Source: Phoronis australis (Eukaryota; Animalia; Phoronida). From it: DNA of 64,000 bases. The notes beneath the pieces are model-generated. The model was not told the origin of the DNA, ran no database searches, and saw nothing but the letters and a program-made list of their open reading frames with translations. The position numbers and the translations under genes are program-made. Location: the NCBI GenBank assembly GCA_002633005.1, contig NMRA01000096.1:634097-698096 (forward strand). Reading direction: 5' to 3'. Shown in pieces: positions 50,863 to 62,599 of the stretch (positions within the stretch are counted from its first letter, which is position 1; the number at the start of each line of letters is the position of its first letter).

Positions 50863-53800
50863 TTAATACTCATCAAATGTCGCAGAAGACACATTTACGT
50901 CTGGAGATTCGTCTGTTATATTTTCAAAAACTCTCAAGTTTGTTCTAAGTAGCTCAAGGTCCGTAACGTGATCCTTTGTTGATGCAACGAATTCTAATTT
51001 GTAGTTTGTTTTCAAAGAAAGTTCTGCTTCACGTAACGATCCGGATAAGAACCCAAACGGACAGCATTTGAACTTTGTTTGGACTGCTTTGTTGGTAGAT
51101 CCCATCACTTGAACGCTGAATTTTCGCCTGTTAGGTCCCAGCAGTAAGTTGTTATACCAGTTGCGAAATTCTGGAAGCGTCAATTTCTGCAGCTCTCTGA
51201 TTTCCAGCTCGTGGCGGTCGAATAGGTAATCCCGTCTCTCAATGGCGCTCCAATATCTGTCTGCCTCTTCACCTAAATTCGAATCGTCACATTTCTTACT
51301 TGTGACCAAAGCCGACACGTGTTCTTCAAATTCCTGAGCGGTCATTTTGTCCAGACGCTTAGAGTAGGCCTGCAAAAATTCTTCAATTTTTTTGTCCACA
51401 TGATCTACACTGAATTTTGTTGCCTGTGTTTCGACCGTCACCGACAATGTTACAACACTTCGTATGTCATGGTGTTTTACATTCACAGCATATCCAAGTT
51501 GTTCTTTGGTTCTCAGCTCTGTGAAGCTTGGTTCGTCTAGAACGTTCTCAAGTAATTCATTAAGAACTGACTCTCTTATTGTACTCTCTCCGTGCTGGTA
51601 AAAATTTGTCACAACGCTGTTAGTGTCATCGTTGTTTAGGCTCTTGACTGCGAGATAGAGAACCTTTTCTGGAAATTTTACGAGCTGGGGTAGCGGAACT
51701 TGTTCACGTGGTAAGCAGTTTTTTAATTTCTTCTCTATGTACCCGAAGAGTGACATAGCTTTAGATTCAGAAAAGTTTCCTTGTACCAGGACCTCTACAT
51801 AAATCTGATTTCTAAAGTCGTGCGCAAATTTGACTATCATATCTTTGGTAATCTCTTTGAGACTTGCCCGTCTTCTGATAATAGTCACATAATCTTTAAT
51901 CATAACAGCGTCGTGCAAGTCATTGGCAAGCTTCTCTGGACGAATACAATCATTATGGTATATACGGTCTAATCGTTCTTTTCCAATCCGATAATGTTCA
52001 TCACTGATGCTCAAAGATCCAATGAAATCCATGATAGTTTGAAACAATTGTGGTAGTTTGTGGCTGAATCCGTTCATTTTTATTATAAGTCCGTCATCAA
52101 CAATGTCAAAGGAGTATTCCAGGTTTGCTGCTTCGGCAGGATAAACTGACTCGTACATAATCTGGCCCACTAGAAGGCAAAAGAAATCAAATAATGTTGT
52201 TGTCTGATGACTTATTTTTATCACCCTGGATATCACATAAATGTAGATATATCCTTTCGGAACTTCGTAAAATCTATCTTGTTTAAACCAAACTCTGCAA
52301 AAATCGGTCTCGTGGATCAACTTTGGCGGAGCTAAAGTATCAGCGTAACGCTCGTTTTCTTCAACCAACTTGAAGTTCGACGAAATGTAATGGTTGCGTT
52401 CCGGATACGAAAATGCTGGGTTTGGCTTCAGGTTCTCCCATCGTTTTTCCCATTTTTCATCAATGTCAAAAATTCCGTACCGAGTATCATACCACTTTTC
52501 CCGTTGAATGCAATGACTGCCTAGGGCATATGACTTCGACACCACCATGATGTTTGACATTTTTGGTTTAAGAGCATTCAAACATTCTGCGATTAACTTG
52601 GGATTATACTCCTTTAGTAACGCATTGCCTGTCAAATAATGCTTCGGAGAATACAAATGCATGTCCTCGCTAATGGTTTTGACGTATTCGACTGGTTCCG
52701 TTACTTCTTGCCAACGGAACTCATTATCTTCTATTCTCTGAATTTCTTCAAAAATTCTTTTTAAAGGACCTTTCTGACGTAGCATTTCCAAATACTCGAA
52801 CAAGGACGTTATTACATTATATACGTGATTCAACCCATCGTCAGTAACAGCTATAGCAATGGTGAAGAGACAGCCGGTCTCGTTTTTCTCATAGCTTCCG
52901 TGTTCTCCAAAACACTGTATGGAATAGGCCCAACCGTGCTTCTTCAAATAAGCTAATAGGCCACGTGGTCCGCCGTGAACGACCAACCACGTTATGTAGT
53001 ACATCGGCTTTTCTTTGTAAAAGAAGCGGAGCATTGCAGGTAGTGACCAGGTCACTTCGACCTGATTAATGTCTTTTACGGGAACTACTTTGTACAGCTT
53101 GTGAAAATTGTTTTGGTCAAACGGTTCTCGGTAACAAACCAGACTAGCTTTGTTTTTACCAGTGTTGGGAACATGTGCAAAGCTTTCGATGACCCATTTT
53201 TCTAGAGTTTTGATTGTATCTTTAGAGTGAACCACTAACGTCATATATGGCGCTGAGTACATTTGTTCCCTAAACTTTTTAAGTCTCTCGTATACGTTAA
53301 TTCCGTTTTGTTGGGGAAATGTCTTCAGTGTTGTGCTGTTTCCCCACATAAATTTCCTCATTGGATGTCCCGACCTCGCCATATTACTGAGAAGTTGTTG
53401 CTTTCTGTTGCTATCTGACTGTATTCCCGACAAGAACTCACTGTCAACGGCATTTATTTCCTTCTCGACACTCTCTTTCTTTAAGAGAGGAAATATAAAG
53501 AATTGAGCAAAGCGATCTAAAGCTCCTCTAAAGTTTTGGCGGGAAACGTCAAAGTAAAAAACAGTTCTTTCACAATCTGTGAATGCATTCGCGTGGCCCC
53601 CACACTTCGTGATGTACTTGTCAAACTCGTCCTCAGCGGGATATTTAGCGCTTCCCATAAATACCATGTGTTCAAGGAAGTGAGCAAGGCCGGGGATGTC
53701 GTCAGGGTCATGAAGGCTTCCGACACCAACACAAAGAGCTGCAGCAGACGACAAGCCGTCTAGTGCGTCACTGGCGTCATCTTTAGGTTTCGCATCCTTG

Positions 53801-54282
53801 CGCTTTCTTTGTTCAGTTCTTTTGGGCTTTGGTGAACGCCTATGAGGGCTAATTGATCTCTCTCGTGACCTATCACTATCGTCTGAATCCGAGTCATAGT
53901 CGACGTCAGATAGGTCATTTTCTGATTCGTAATAATCGTCAAAATATTCGTCAAAGTGAAAAAGGTTAGCTTCCTCACTCGTCAAATCACTTATGAGTAA
54001 AACCGTTAGCCCGTTTGCAAGAGACAAAGCTTTATATTTTCTGGTATCGTTTTTTGATTTTTCTATTTTCAGTTGATGAAATGGCAGATCTGGAGCAACC
54101 TTTTTGTCGTGAGGCAACTCGTCAGTTTTTTGTGCATTCGTGTTGATGTGTTGCGTTTCACACTTTTCATATTCTGTCGTTTCATCTTCCGACTTTTCAG
54201 GTATAGTTTCATTACTTGCCTCGTAAATTTGCTCTACATGTAAGGTGGAGGGACATTTGATTGGGGAGAGGTTTTTGGACAT
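50863..54282 (-). CDS. NRDC: Intronless nardilysin-like M16A metallopeptidase, 1139 aa
   Basis: KSKNDTRKY...LANGLTVLLISD; acidic insert; AAALCVGVGS..DPDDIPGLAHFLEHMVFMGS.KYP (HxxEH); NAFTDCERTVFYFDV; EINAVDSEF; HPMRKFMWGN; LRTKEQLGY. The acidic insert and these motifs indicate nardilysin rather than IDE. Confidence 0.93.
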   Translation of the reverse strand: MSKNLSPIKCPSTLHVEQIYEASNETIPEKSEDETTEYEKCETQHINTNAQKTDELPHDKKVAPDLPFHQLKIEKSKNDTRKYKALSLANGLTVLLISDLTSEEANLFHFDEYFDDYYESENDLSDVDYDSDSDDSDRSRERSISPHRRSPKPKRTEQRKRKDAKPKDDASDALDGLSSAAALCVGVGSLHDPDDIPGLAHFLEHMVFMGSAKYPAEDEFDKYITKCGGHANAFTDCERTVFYFDVSRQNFRGALDRFAQFFIFPLLKKESVEKEINAVDSEFLSGIQSDSNRKQQLLSNMARSGHPMRKFMWGNSTTLKTFPQQNGINVYERLKKFREQMYSAPYMTLVVHSKDTIKTLEKWVIESFAHVPNTGKNKASLVCYREPFDQNNFHKLYKVVPVKDINQVEVTWSLPAMLRFFYKEKPMYYITWLVVHGGPRGLLAYLKKHGWAYSIQCFGEHGSYEKNETGCLFTIAIAVTDDGLNHVYNVITSLFEYLEMLRQKGPLKRIFEEIQRIEDNEFRWQEVTEPVEYVKTISEDMHLYSPKHYLTGNALLKEYNPKLIAECLNALKPKMSNIMVVSKSYALGSHCIQREKWYDTRYGIFDIDEKWEKRWENLKPNPAFSYPERNHYISSNFKLVEENERYADTLAPPKLIHETDFCRVWFKQDRFYEVPKGYIYIYVISRVIKISHQTTTLFDFFCLLVGQIMYESVYPAEAANLEYSFDIVDDGLIIKMNGFSHKLPQLFQTIMDFIGSLSISDEHYRIGKERLDRIYHNDCIRPEKLANDLHDAVMIKDYVTIIRRRASLKEITKDMIVKFAHDFRNQIYVEVLVQGNFSESKAMSLFGYIEKKLKNCLPREQVPLPQLVKFPEKVLYLAVKSLNNDDTNSVVTNFYQHGESTIRESVLNELLENVLDEPSFTELRTKEQLGYAVNVKHHDIRSVVTLSVTVETQATKFSVDHVDKKIEEFLQAYSKRLDKMTAQEFEEHVSALVTSKKCDDSNLGEEADRYWSAIERRDYLFDRHELEIRELQKLTLPEFRNWYNNLLLGPNRRKFSVQVMGSTNKAVQTKFKCCPFGFLSGSLREAELSLKTNYKLEFVASTKDHVTDLELLRTNLRVFENITDESPDVNVSSATFDEY

Positions 54283-54321
54283 CGTACTTTCATGATATAT
54301 TTCCCTATTGTGACATTAATC

Positions 54322-54329
54322 TGACGTCA
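54322..54329. promoter_or_regulatory. Perfect CRE palindrome TGACGTCA, 40 bp upstream of the nardilysin ATG
   Basis: ctgacgtcat at 54321-54330. Confidence 0.35.
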
Positions 54330-55955
54330 TTACCTACACCCGGTTCTATCTCGTCAGTTTTATGTGTGATTGAAGATACTGTTGCCTTTAATTTCACAAA
54401 ATCAGAACGCATAATGAGCTTTGTCAGTCGGAAGATATAACTAAATAATAAACATTTCGTAAATTATAGCTCAGCATATCTGCGTTCTGTTCGATCACTT
54501 TAAAAAGAGGACGGGCTTTCCGCGGAAACCTCATTATTTATGCGGTTTGCCAGTGAAGTGATTACCCATAATGTACAAAAGATAGAGGAAAACATATCGA
54601 GCACAGACTAGCGACTTGAGGTCAAAGGTCACATTTTCCATATAAGGGAAGTGTACTACATCTGTGTCTTGCCATACCAAATAAGGAGACGTGCTTTTGG
54701 TATATATTTTTCTAAATTTGAAACTAAAAGAAAATGCTTTGATATCAACAGAAATTAAAAATCTTTACGAGCAAACCCTAAAAATACCTGGCGAGCAGGT
54801 GTAATTCAATTTCAGTGGCAGCGAAGAAACTTTCAATGTTAGAAATTTAGCTGTTTATCGCTTTCAACGCCTCTTTAAAGCAAAATTAACATTAATCTAG
54901 TAATTTGCATTGCCAGTCACGTTTTCACAATATCCTCTTCATTGTTAACACTCATATCGGTATATAACCCTCAACACAATGAAAAATCAAGTCTTTGATT
55001 TATTGCAATCAAAACTTTATTACAATCACAAATTATGGCTGTTGCCGATCACCAGCGAAGCCAAGATCTGGGGATAAATTAACCTCAGAAAAAAATCTGT
55101 AAATTCCTCTATCCATACAACCCCGCAGTATTCACGTAGTGATGGCATAAAATTTTTGCTAAGCGCTATTTCCGCCACTTACTTGCTACTTGAAGAAAAA
55201 TCCTCATTTTATTGGCGATTTCCCTTAGAGCGCGATGCTAAGTGTCTATGGTTTATATTTCTCAGTTCTTCAACCCCCCCCCCCCCAAGTGCATACGCGT
55301 TACGCATGCTTTGCGATGGGAAGGGGCAACCAGCAGTCTTAAACTGAGGGCATGTGACAAAAAACGACGGCTCGCTCGGACGATGGAGGAGGATGGGGGC
55401 AGAAAATTGTATGGGGTGAAACGCGCAGAGCCCGAGTTCATGCAACACGAATAAGTAATTCGCCCAACAGGGGTGAAAGGGTCTGTGATATTTCACTTTT
55501 AATGTAGGCCATTTTTGTTTAACGAAATGGTACCACAGAAAAACTATGACATTTTCGGCCAAGTGAGCGCACCAAGGCTTGCAAACCGCGATTATGAGAA
55601 ATTCAAGCTTGCCTGCAAGCGTTGCCAAAGATATTGCCATATTTGTTCCTAAAAACGAAACAAACCCATGCACAATTAGTATTTATCTTACAGTCACAAG
55701 TTCAGCGTGACCTTTCTGTTCAAGTACACGTATGTCAGTCTGCCGATGCAGAAGGTACGATATCTGTTTATTTTCAAACCAAAACAAAACGTAAAAAATA
55801 CGAAACAAAGAACACTCATGATAACTTTATTGATTTTCATGTTGGTATATTTTACGAACAAGCGACTTCAGCTGAGAATTATTTTTTATGGCGCAGTGAA
55901 TGCGCGAATGCACGGGTGATTAGTCTGGACCAAGAGATTTTGTTCATGGTGGATT

Positions 55956-56049
55956 TTTGAATAAAGACAACAACTTTTCTAAAATGTGGCGATGTTTTGC
56001 CGCCGAAATATGTCGCTACATTTTAGAAAAGTTGTTGTCTTTATTCAAA
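55956..56049. repeat. Near-perfect hairpin (about 37-bp arms)
   Basis: tttgaataaagacaacaacttttctaaaatgtggcga ... tcgctacattttagaaaagttgttgtctttattcaaa. Confidence 0.85.
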
Positions 56050-56670
56050 CTTTACTTGTGTTCGTCAGTGCGAGATCTCATGGTGGATTAGGTAAATAAT
56101 AGTTACAGAGATATGTTCAATCCCACTTTTCAGAGTTTGCTCGATGAGCCTCCGTGGTTATGATATTTCTGAACGGCGGCGCTGTTCTGGTATGTTTTCG
56201 ATGTTAAAGCTGTGACGAGATTCAATGCGTTTATGAAGCTTCGTTGCAGACAAATATTGAACCGAAAGTCCTTTTTGTCTCGTTTTTTGTATGAGCCCAT
56301 TGTTTGAGCGCTCGGATGTTCTTCGCGATGTTCCTGTTGACGTCATATACATAAACATCGTATGTTCAGAGGGCCGGGTTGCTAATTATCCCCGTGTAGC
56401 TTTTTGAGTGTGACTAAAAGTGGTACTAATGGACATGTAATTGTTGGTAATTGCAATCTGAGCAGTGAACACTTCGTAGTTCAACGAATCTCGCAACTTA
56501 CCGAGAATGTTGAAACATTAATGCAGTCAACAACCGTATTGTGCACGAGCTAATGAGCATCAATCAGTTTTGTAGCCGAAAAATCCATTTTGTTGGATAT
56601 TTGTAGCAGAATTGGCATCTTGAAGTCATTAGCTCTGGCTAGAGCAATAGAACAGCAACATTTCTATTAA

Positions 56671-56935
56671 AGGCTTCTAATCCGAGTCAGTGAAATCGAG
56701 GCGGCAGCTGTTTTGTTGGTGGGCACCGGGAAACTGGTAAACGCGCGGCGGTGCCTAGTGCTGATCAAAGCCAACGTGGTAAAAAGGCTAATTTCCTGAG
56801 TGTACATGGGAAGCAGAGGGCACAGATGAAATACGTTAGAGGCGTAACTAGCTCTTTCGAGCGGTGGACTTCCTTGGGAGCTGAGTTGAACATTTACGGA
56901 AATGCCCATTTGGTAGACAGATACGTTAGCCTCCG
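56671..56935 (+). mobile_element. Possible DNA-transposon remnant
   Basis: Starts ttaa|agg. Peptide SSFERWTSLGAEL...LVDRY resembles the FERW..L......LLDRY motif of transposon-associated proteins. No matching right end found. Confidence 0.3.
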
Positions 56936-58460
56936 GGTAGCCGATTTCGTGCAAGCCGACATTACAGTTAAAGATGATATGTCTCATTAAAACCGTGAAT
57001 TTAAATTTGTAGCAAGCGTCACCTATTGACATCCTGGAGAACTGTGTGTACAAGTAAAATCAGGAAAAGAAACAATTTGTAAATAAATTGCGATTTCAAA
57101 TAAAACACAACTGATACGCTTACAAAACAAGTGTGAACATATAAAAAACCCTAGTAATGCCAAATATCCCATAATTGTTATTCGATAGTGAAATAAAAAA
57201 TAATAAAAACCTCGCCTTGTTTCATTAGGATAACTATGAAACATTACCGTATTCATTTACATAAAAATAGTATCGCAAAACGAGACTTTCGCGATATTAT
57301 AATGGTAACTGGTTCTCGGATTGGTTTCCGGCACACTGGAGGACCCGGGGTTGTTTGTAAATTAGTACACCATTTGCATTTTCACAATGCATCTTTAAGT
57401 CCCTGGCTGTATTTATTAACATCCTTATTCGGAAAGTCACATCAGTTGATACTCGAACAGTGAGATTGTAACTGTGTTGGCGATACCTTGGCAACACGTA
57501 GCCCCGTCGGCTAGCTTGCGAGAGGCTACAATAACCTACTCCCCACCGGTTTCTGTATAGATCTCACCCATGTGTATTTTAAACGGACGGAAGCCCAAAT
57601 ACGGTCACCGAATAGGTTTTCACCTCGTCAAAATGCATTTTATACTAAAAACGCGATTACAATTTTCAGCGATCCTTTCTGGTTCTATACTCTCCATCAA
57701 CCATGACTACGAGAATTGACGTGACTTTCACGAAGAATTGAAACTCCCTTTTTTGGGGGGGTTGAACTTTTTCACCACCTGCGATAACCACAAAGTATTT
57801 AAATTGCCATCACTTGAGTTAGGCCACAAGTCACCTTTTTCATTTTTAATGATATTTTGCCTTTCATATTTTAATACATTTAAAAGGAGTCCCTTTCAGA
57901 CGAGGTACTCTCTCGGAGGAGCGGCCCGGGACAATTGCCCACATGACCCTCTATTACATTCGACACTGTAAACACGAACAAATTTGGAAAATTTCTTGCT
58001 AGGAACCAAACTCCGTGGGGTGTCCGGTCTCCCAATCTTGCCTCAATTTACCGTCAAGAGTCTGCGAGTATGCGCTTGGGAATTGCTTATAATATTCTGT
58101 CTTGATAAACAACGAATTCGTCACATAATTTTTTCAACCCCAGAATCTCATCCTTTCAAAACATGACCCAAAACTGGACCATATTAAAATGAATCCCGAC
58201 ATAAGAGCGAGTGCAGACGGATAGGTACGAGCTGAGCTTCCTAACTTAGGTTACGTACATGTAGGACCCTAGAAAAATGTCCAATAGCTAAGCTGATCAG
58301 GGTCTAGCCTAGTTCATCCACTTCGTATTTCCGAGGCCTCAGCTGGCGAGAGCTGTGGGCTTATAGCTACATTTCACTTGAGGTAGGTAGCCCAGCTCCC
58401 GTATGCGTAAGACATTAGACCTCATTCTCATCATAGGCCCTACGCGCCTCGGACTTATTT

Positions 58461-58670
58461 ATGTTTCGCAAATCACAGTACCTCATTATAGTTGACTATT
58501 ATTCAAGGTTCATAGAAATAGCGAAGCTCAGTGACATTTCCAGCAGCACGGTTATAACTCATTTGAAGTCCAACTTTGCTCGACACGATGTGCCCGAAAC
58601 ATTTGTAAGTGACAACGGGACACAGTACACGTCTTTTGAATTTATGGACTTTGCACGCAACATGGCTATT
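58461..58670 (+). mobile_element. Gypsy/Ty3-type LTR retrotransposon integrase (rve) fragment
   Basis: YLIIVDYYSRFIEI...VITHLKSNFARHDVPETFVSDNGTQYTS.EF..FA is the classic rve core. Confidence 0.85.
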
Positions 58671-61600
58671 CAAGGGAATAAAGTACTGTTACCTATCGGC
58701 GACCTGTTTGTGTTTGCGGATCTAGCTTTTGAGCCTGTCCTGTACCCTTCGTTCAGGGTACTGGCTGGAATCTTCGTGTCACATGGTCCTTGATGGTTGA
58801 TTAGCTAGGTCCTCAAACACAAACAAGTCACCGGGGTTTGCCTCAACTAATGGGGGGCGTGGTGGTCCGGTACAAAATTGGCGACATTCAGAGATCCAGA
58901 GAATATGGGGAGCGGGGGTCAAAGTTTGGCGAAGTCGGATTGGTGCCCCCCCCTAATTACTTCCCCTTTCCTACAAACCTGCCAGCGGATATCAATGGAA
59001 TTAAATGTAAAGGATAATTATTGTGATGAGGAGACGAATCTGTGCTTGCCCTTTCTTTGCTATGGTACTACTCTAAAGGGTGAGTATGCAATTCTTCTCG
59101 TCCACTTGATGTAGCTTGTTATCCATGCTTACTTATGACTGATTTAAAGAAGGGCGGACCCTTTTATGGTGGTGATTTGGGAAATGCGGACCAAAAATAC
59201 CGTGTTTCAGGAGTGGGGACTTATTGAGACTGGGATCGAAACGAATTTGACACCGCCAATCGGAAAAGGGCCAAAAATCCTGGGAACCGGTAATGGGACT
59301 CCCTCTTTGAAGCACAGGCCTAACATTATTCTTGAAGAGTCTTTGATTAATTAATCTATTGAATTCCTCATTCAATCTCAAAACTCAGGAAGTCGATGGC
59401 ATAATATTATTGTAAAAAACTTGCTTCCCTAAAGTCCGAATGTTTTGAACACCCGACACTGAATCTGATACCTAGGCTATAACTGCATGCCGGGCATTGT
59501 AAGCTTAGGGCCTACGAGGCGAGCAAGAAGTGTACTACATTACGAGTATGGCGGGCTGAAGTTCAATCACATCATGAATCAACATCCGGGGAATTTGAGC
59601 GCGTGAGAGAGCAGTTTGAAGGCGCGTTAACACAAAGAAACACATTTTCCATGTTTTACGTCTAAAAACTTCTTGGGAGTTCTACTGATCAGCGATATAC
59701 CATATCTGACATCCACCATGGAACTTAGTCTACACGGAGGAAGCAGAGGGTTACACCAGAGGTCGGAGGTAAACAAAAGCCGCATGTCGCACAGACTGAA
59801 ACTAGGGTAGAGTTAAGTAGCTGTCTTGCGGGGCTAAAATTTGTCCAAAATCACGTGCTCTCATTGAAAATACACAGCAGTATCTCGCATAATGTCGCGA
59901 AATCTTACAATTTTTGCCGAGGTCCCAGCGTTGCTGAACTCTACCTAGTGTCACCTTCTGGTGTTGACTCTTGCAGTTTTCGTGAACGGCATTTTCAAAG
60001 AAATTACTGAGACTGTGCTACTTCACAGTTGTTTCGAAACATACTTGCATTGTAACATACTCGTCCTCTGTTAACGTTTCCTTCACTAGAATTAGCAGCT
60101 CAAAAAGAAAATGAAATCTGTCATTAAAAGTGCAAGTTCCTAAACCGCCTTCGTCTGTTTCCGCTTTGTCCAGACGAAACCCTCGAAGACTGCGTTTCTT
60201 TCAAAGCGGCAGAGAAGCAAAAACTAGGTCAGAAGGTCAACGTTTGACGTCTTTTCAATATCACAACATGGACTTTTTACGGCAAAGATACTGTGGAGAA
60301 CAAGACATTTGTCTGGAATATGTTGATATTTCCGCATATACTGCCAACTTCTTTCATCAGTCGACTTTTAGTTGTGTCATTAGCACTTGACGGTATTGCA
60401 TTTTGGTTCATGTAGGTCCTGCCACTACCGCAGGTAACGTTAATTGATTTGCAAGTAGACTAATTTGTGTTCCAAGGGGCAACGACCTTCTCTATTGTTA
60501 TTTATGGACAGGTTTTGTGTCTAACGTCACTCATCCTCTCTCTGAAAGGAACGCATTTCCCACAATACAAGAAAATGACGATATCAAGTAGTAACATCGA
60601 AGTAATGATTAAGAACGCACATGTACTGTTTAATTGGACAAAGGAAAAACAGACAAAGAAGTTTCGTGTGCAGTCAATGGCTAACCAACAAAAGTGCCTC
60701 AACGAATTAGTAGTTAGGCTAACAAAAGAACAGTCGGTAGGAAATCTCGAAAAACTCGAGAATGGTAAGCTGAAACGAAAACCGACGCCATTAACTTCTA
60801 GCGCTTTACTGGGTCTATCTACATATCGAACTTTTCCATTTCATTTTCCGGCAACTTGTTTCTTTTTGTTGAAGTATTTCCTGATCAAGATTTTGATCTC
60901 TTCTAACACATGTTTTTTCTTCAATAAGTAGCTTCTCCGAGCTATCGCTCTTTCTTTTTACGCAAGTACCAAATTATACTTTTTTACCGCAAATGTCCAT
61001 CAGCAGGATTTCAAAAAACACGGTCGTTGATAGAAAATTGTAAATTAAATTCTTTTAACCATTGGATGCCGGAATGTTGACGGTCAGTTGCTGCAATACA
61101 TTCTGGATATATGAGAAGTGAATTATGAAACTTTCAAAAAGATTTCTTCTTCTCGAGAACTGCGGGACTGTAACCGAATTTAATTTTGTAAATCTCAATA
61201 TCAGTTAGCAGGTTTTCAGTTATTGCTGGGAAAATTGCCCAAACGCAATCGTTTATTTCCTGCTCTCAAGTGTTTTCTCTCTGCTAAGAATGTTCAGTTA
61301 CCGCCGAGCACCACCACTGAGAAAGCTCTGAGCAGATTTTTATCGCCTTATTTTGCGGTTTTGAGTTACTAACCTGTCGATTATAAGAATGACATTATCA
61401 GGGAGAAAAATGGGTTTTCTGGAGTCAACTACATCGAGGACTCGAACAAAAATTCTGAGCAGTAGCAGTCCAGCGCTTTGTTGGCCGAGCTGAACCTCAC
61501 TCGGTACACACTTGCCTTGATTTCGGACATCGGCGAAAATTAACAATTTAGAGACCAGTGTATTATAGCATAAAACTGCAACGAATAAGTACATCATTTT

Positions 61601-62599
61601 GTCCAAACTGTGTTGTCTGTTGCGCAGTTTTATTCGGGTCTCACGCGTTATTTGGGTGATGACTTGCATTCTTACTCACTTCTGCCTAACTGGTCTTCCC
61701 AGAGGAAGACTTTCTCATCAGATTTGTCATTTACATTAACACCAAGCTGCCTGTTTGATTTTAAACTCTGAAAATTGTTTTTTAGTCAGAAGCTTTCCAA
61801 ACTGAAGATTTTTCACATCACTGTGTCCAATATGATATCCATCCTAATTAGAAAAAAGCAATAAAAGTGAGATAAGACAAAATCGTATCGTTGATAATTT
61901 GGTTTTGTCATTCGTGTGCCTGTCTGATGTTTTTGAAAAACGTAGTGATTTTATCACATATTTTAAAGTGGCACGCTGGAAGTTTACAAGATTTTCCGTT
62001 TTTGTTTTTCGTGCTTGCAAAGCTAGTTAACTAATCGGTGAACGACACACATCAGAACAAAACTGTCTTTATGGCTCGGAAGTGAATAGATTTTTGAAAC
62101 CAGCTGCAGTTGTGTCTTCAATAGGTGTTTCTCTCTTGTTAACTTAAGGTACTGCAAAAGCTACCTTCTTTGTACAATGGCCATCAAACAAATACGTAGA
62201 CAGTAACAAATATGATGATTACACCGTGAATTGTTCCCTAGATTTCTGCTCACAAGTAGTCAACTCTAACGCTACACCACGATGGCTTACAACTTTTTGT
62301 GCACTGTTTTGACACGTGTTTTTCTAAGCATAAGGAAACTGAAGAGAAATCTTCTGAAATGAAAATAACGACCTGTTTTGTACAAAATGGACCATTTTGT
62401 GTTCAAGACTTAACGTTATGCAGCTGCTAGAAACTAAGTGGAATCATTGCACTTCGTTCTATCAAAATCACCATCAGAAATATTTAATGTATACAGTTTG
62501 CAACATGCTTAAACTTATAATAAGTATACAACATATATCTACCACTTTCGCCCCTAGCCATGACATTTGGCGTCTTTTTGTTGGTTCTAAGCATCTACT

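Noticed and set aside
50863-54282. Bacterial or horizontal origin of the intronless M16 peptidase (pitrilysin) or contamination
   Set aside because: Nardilysin-specific motifs and the acidic insert, neighbouring animal-type ADAMs and contiguous animal transposons argue for an animal gene.
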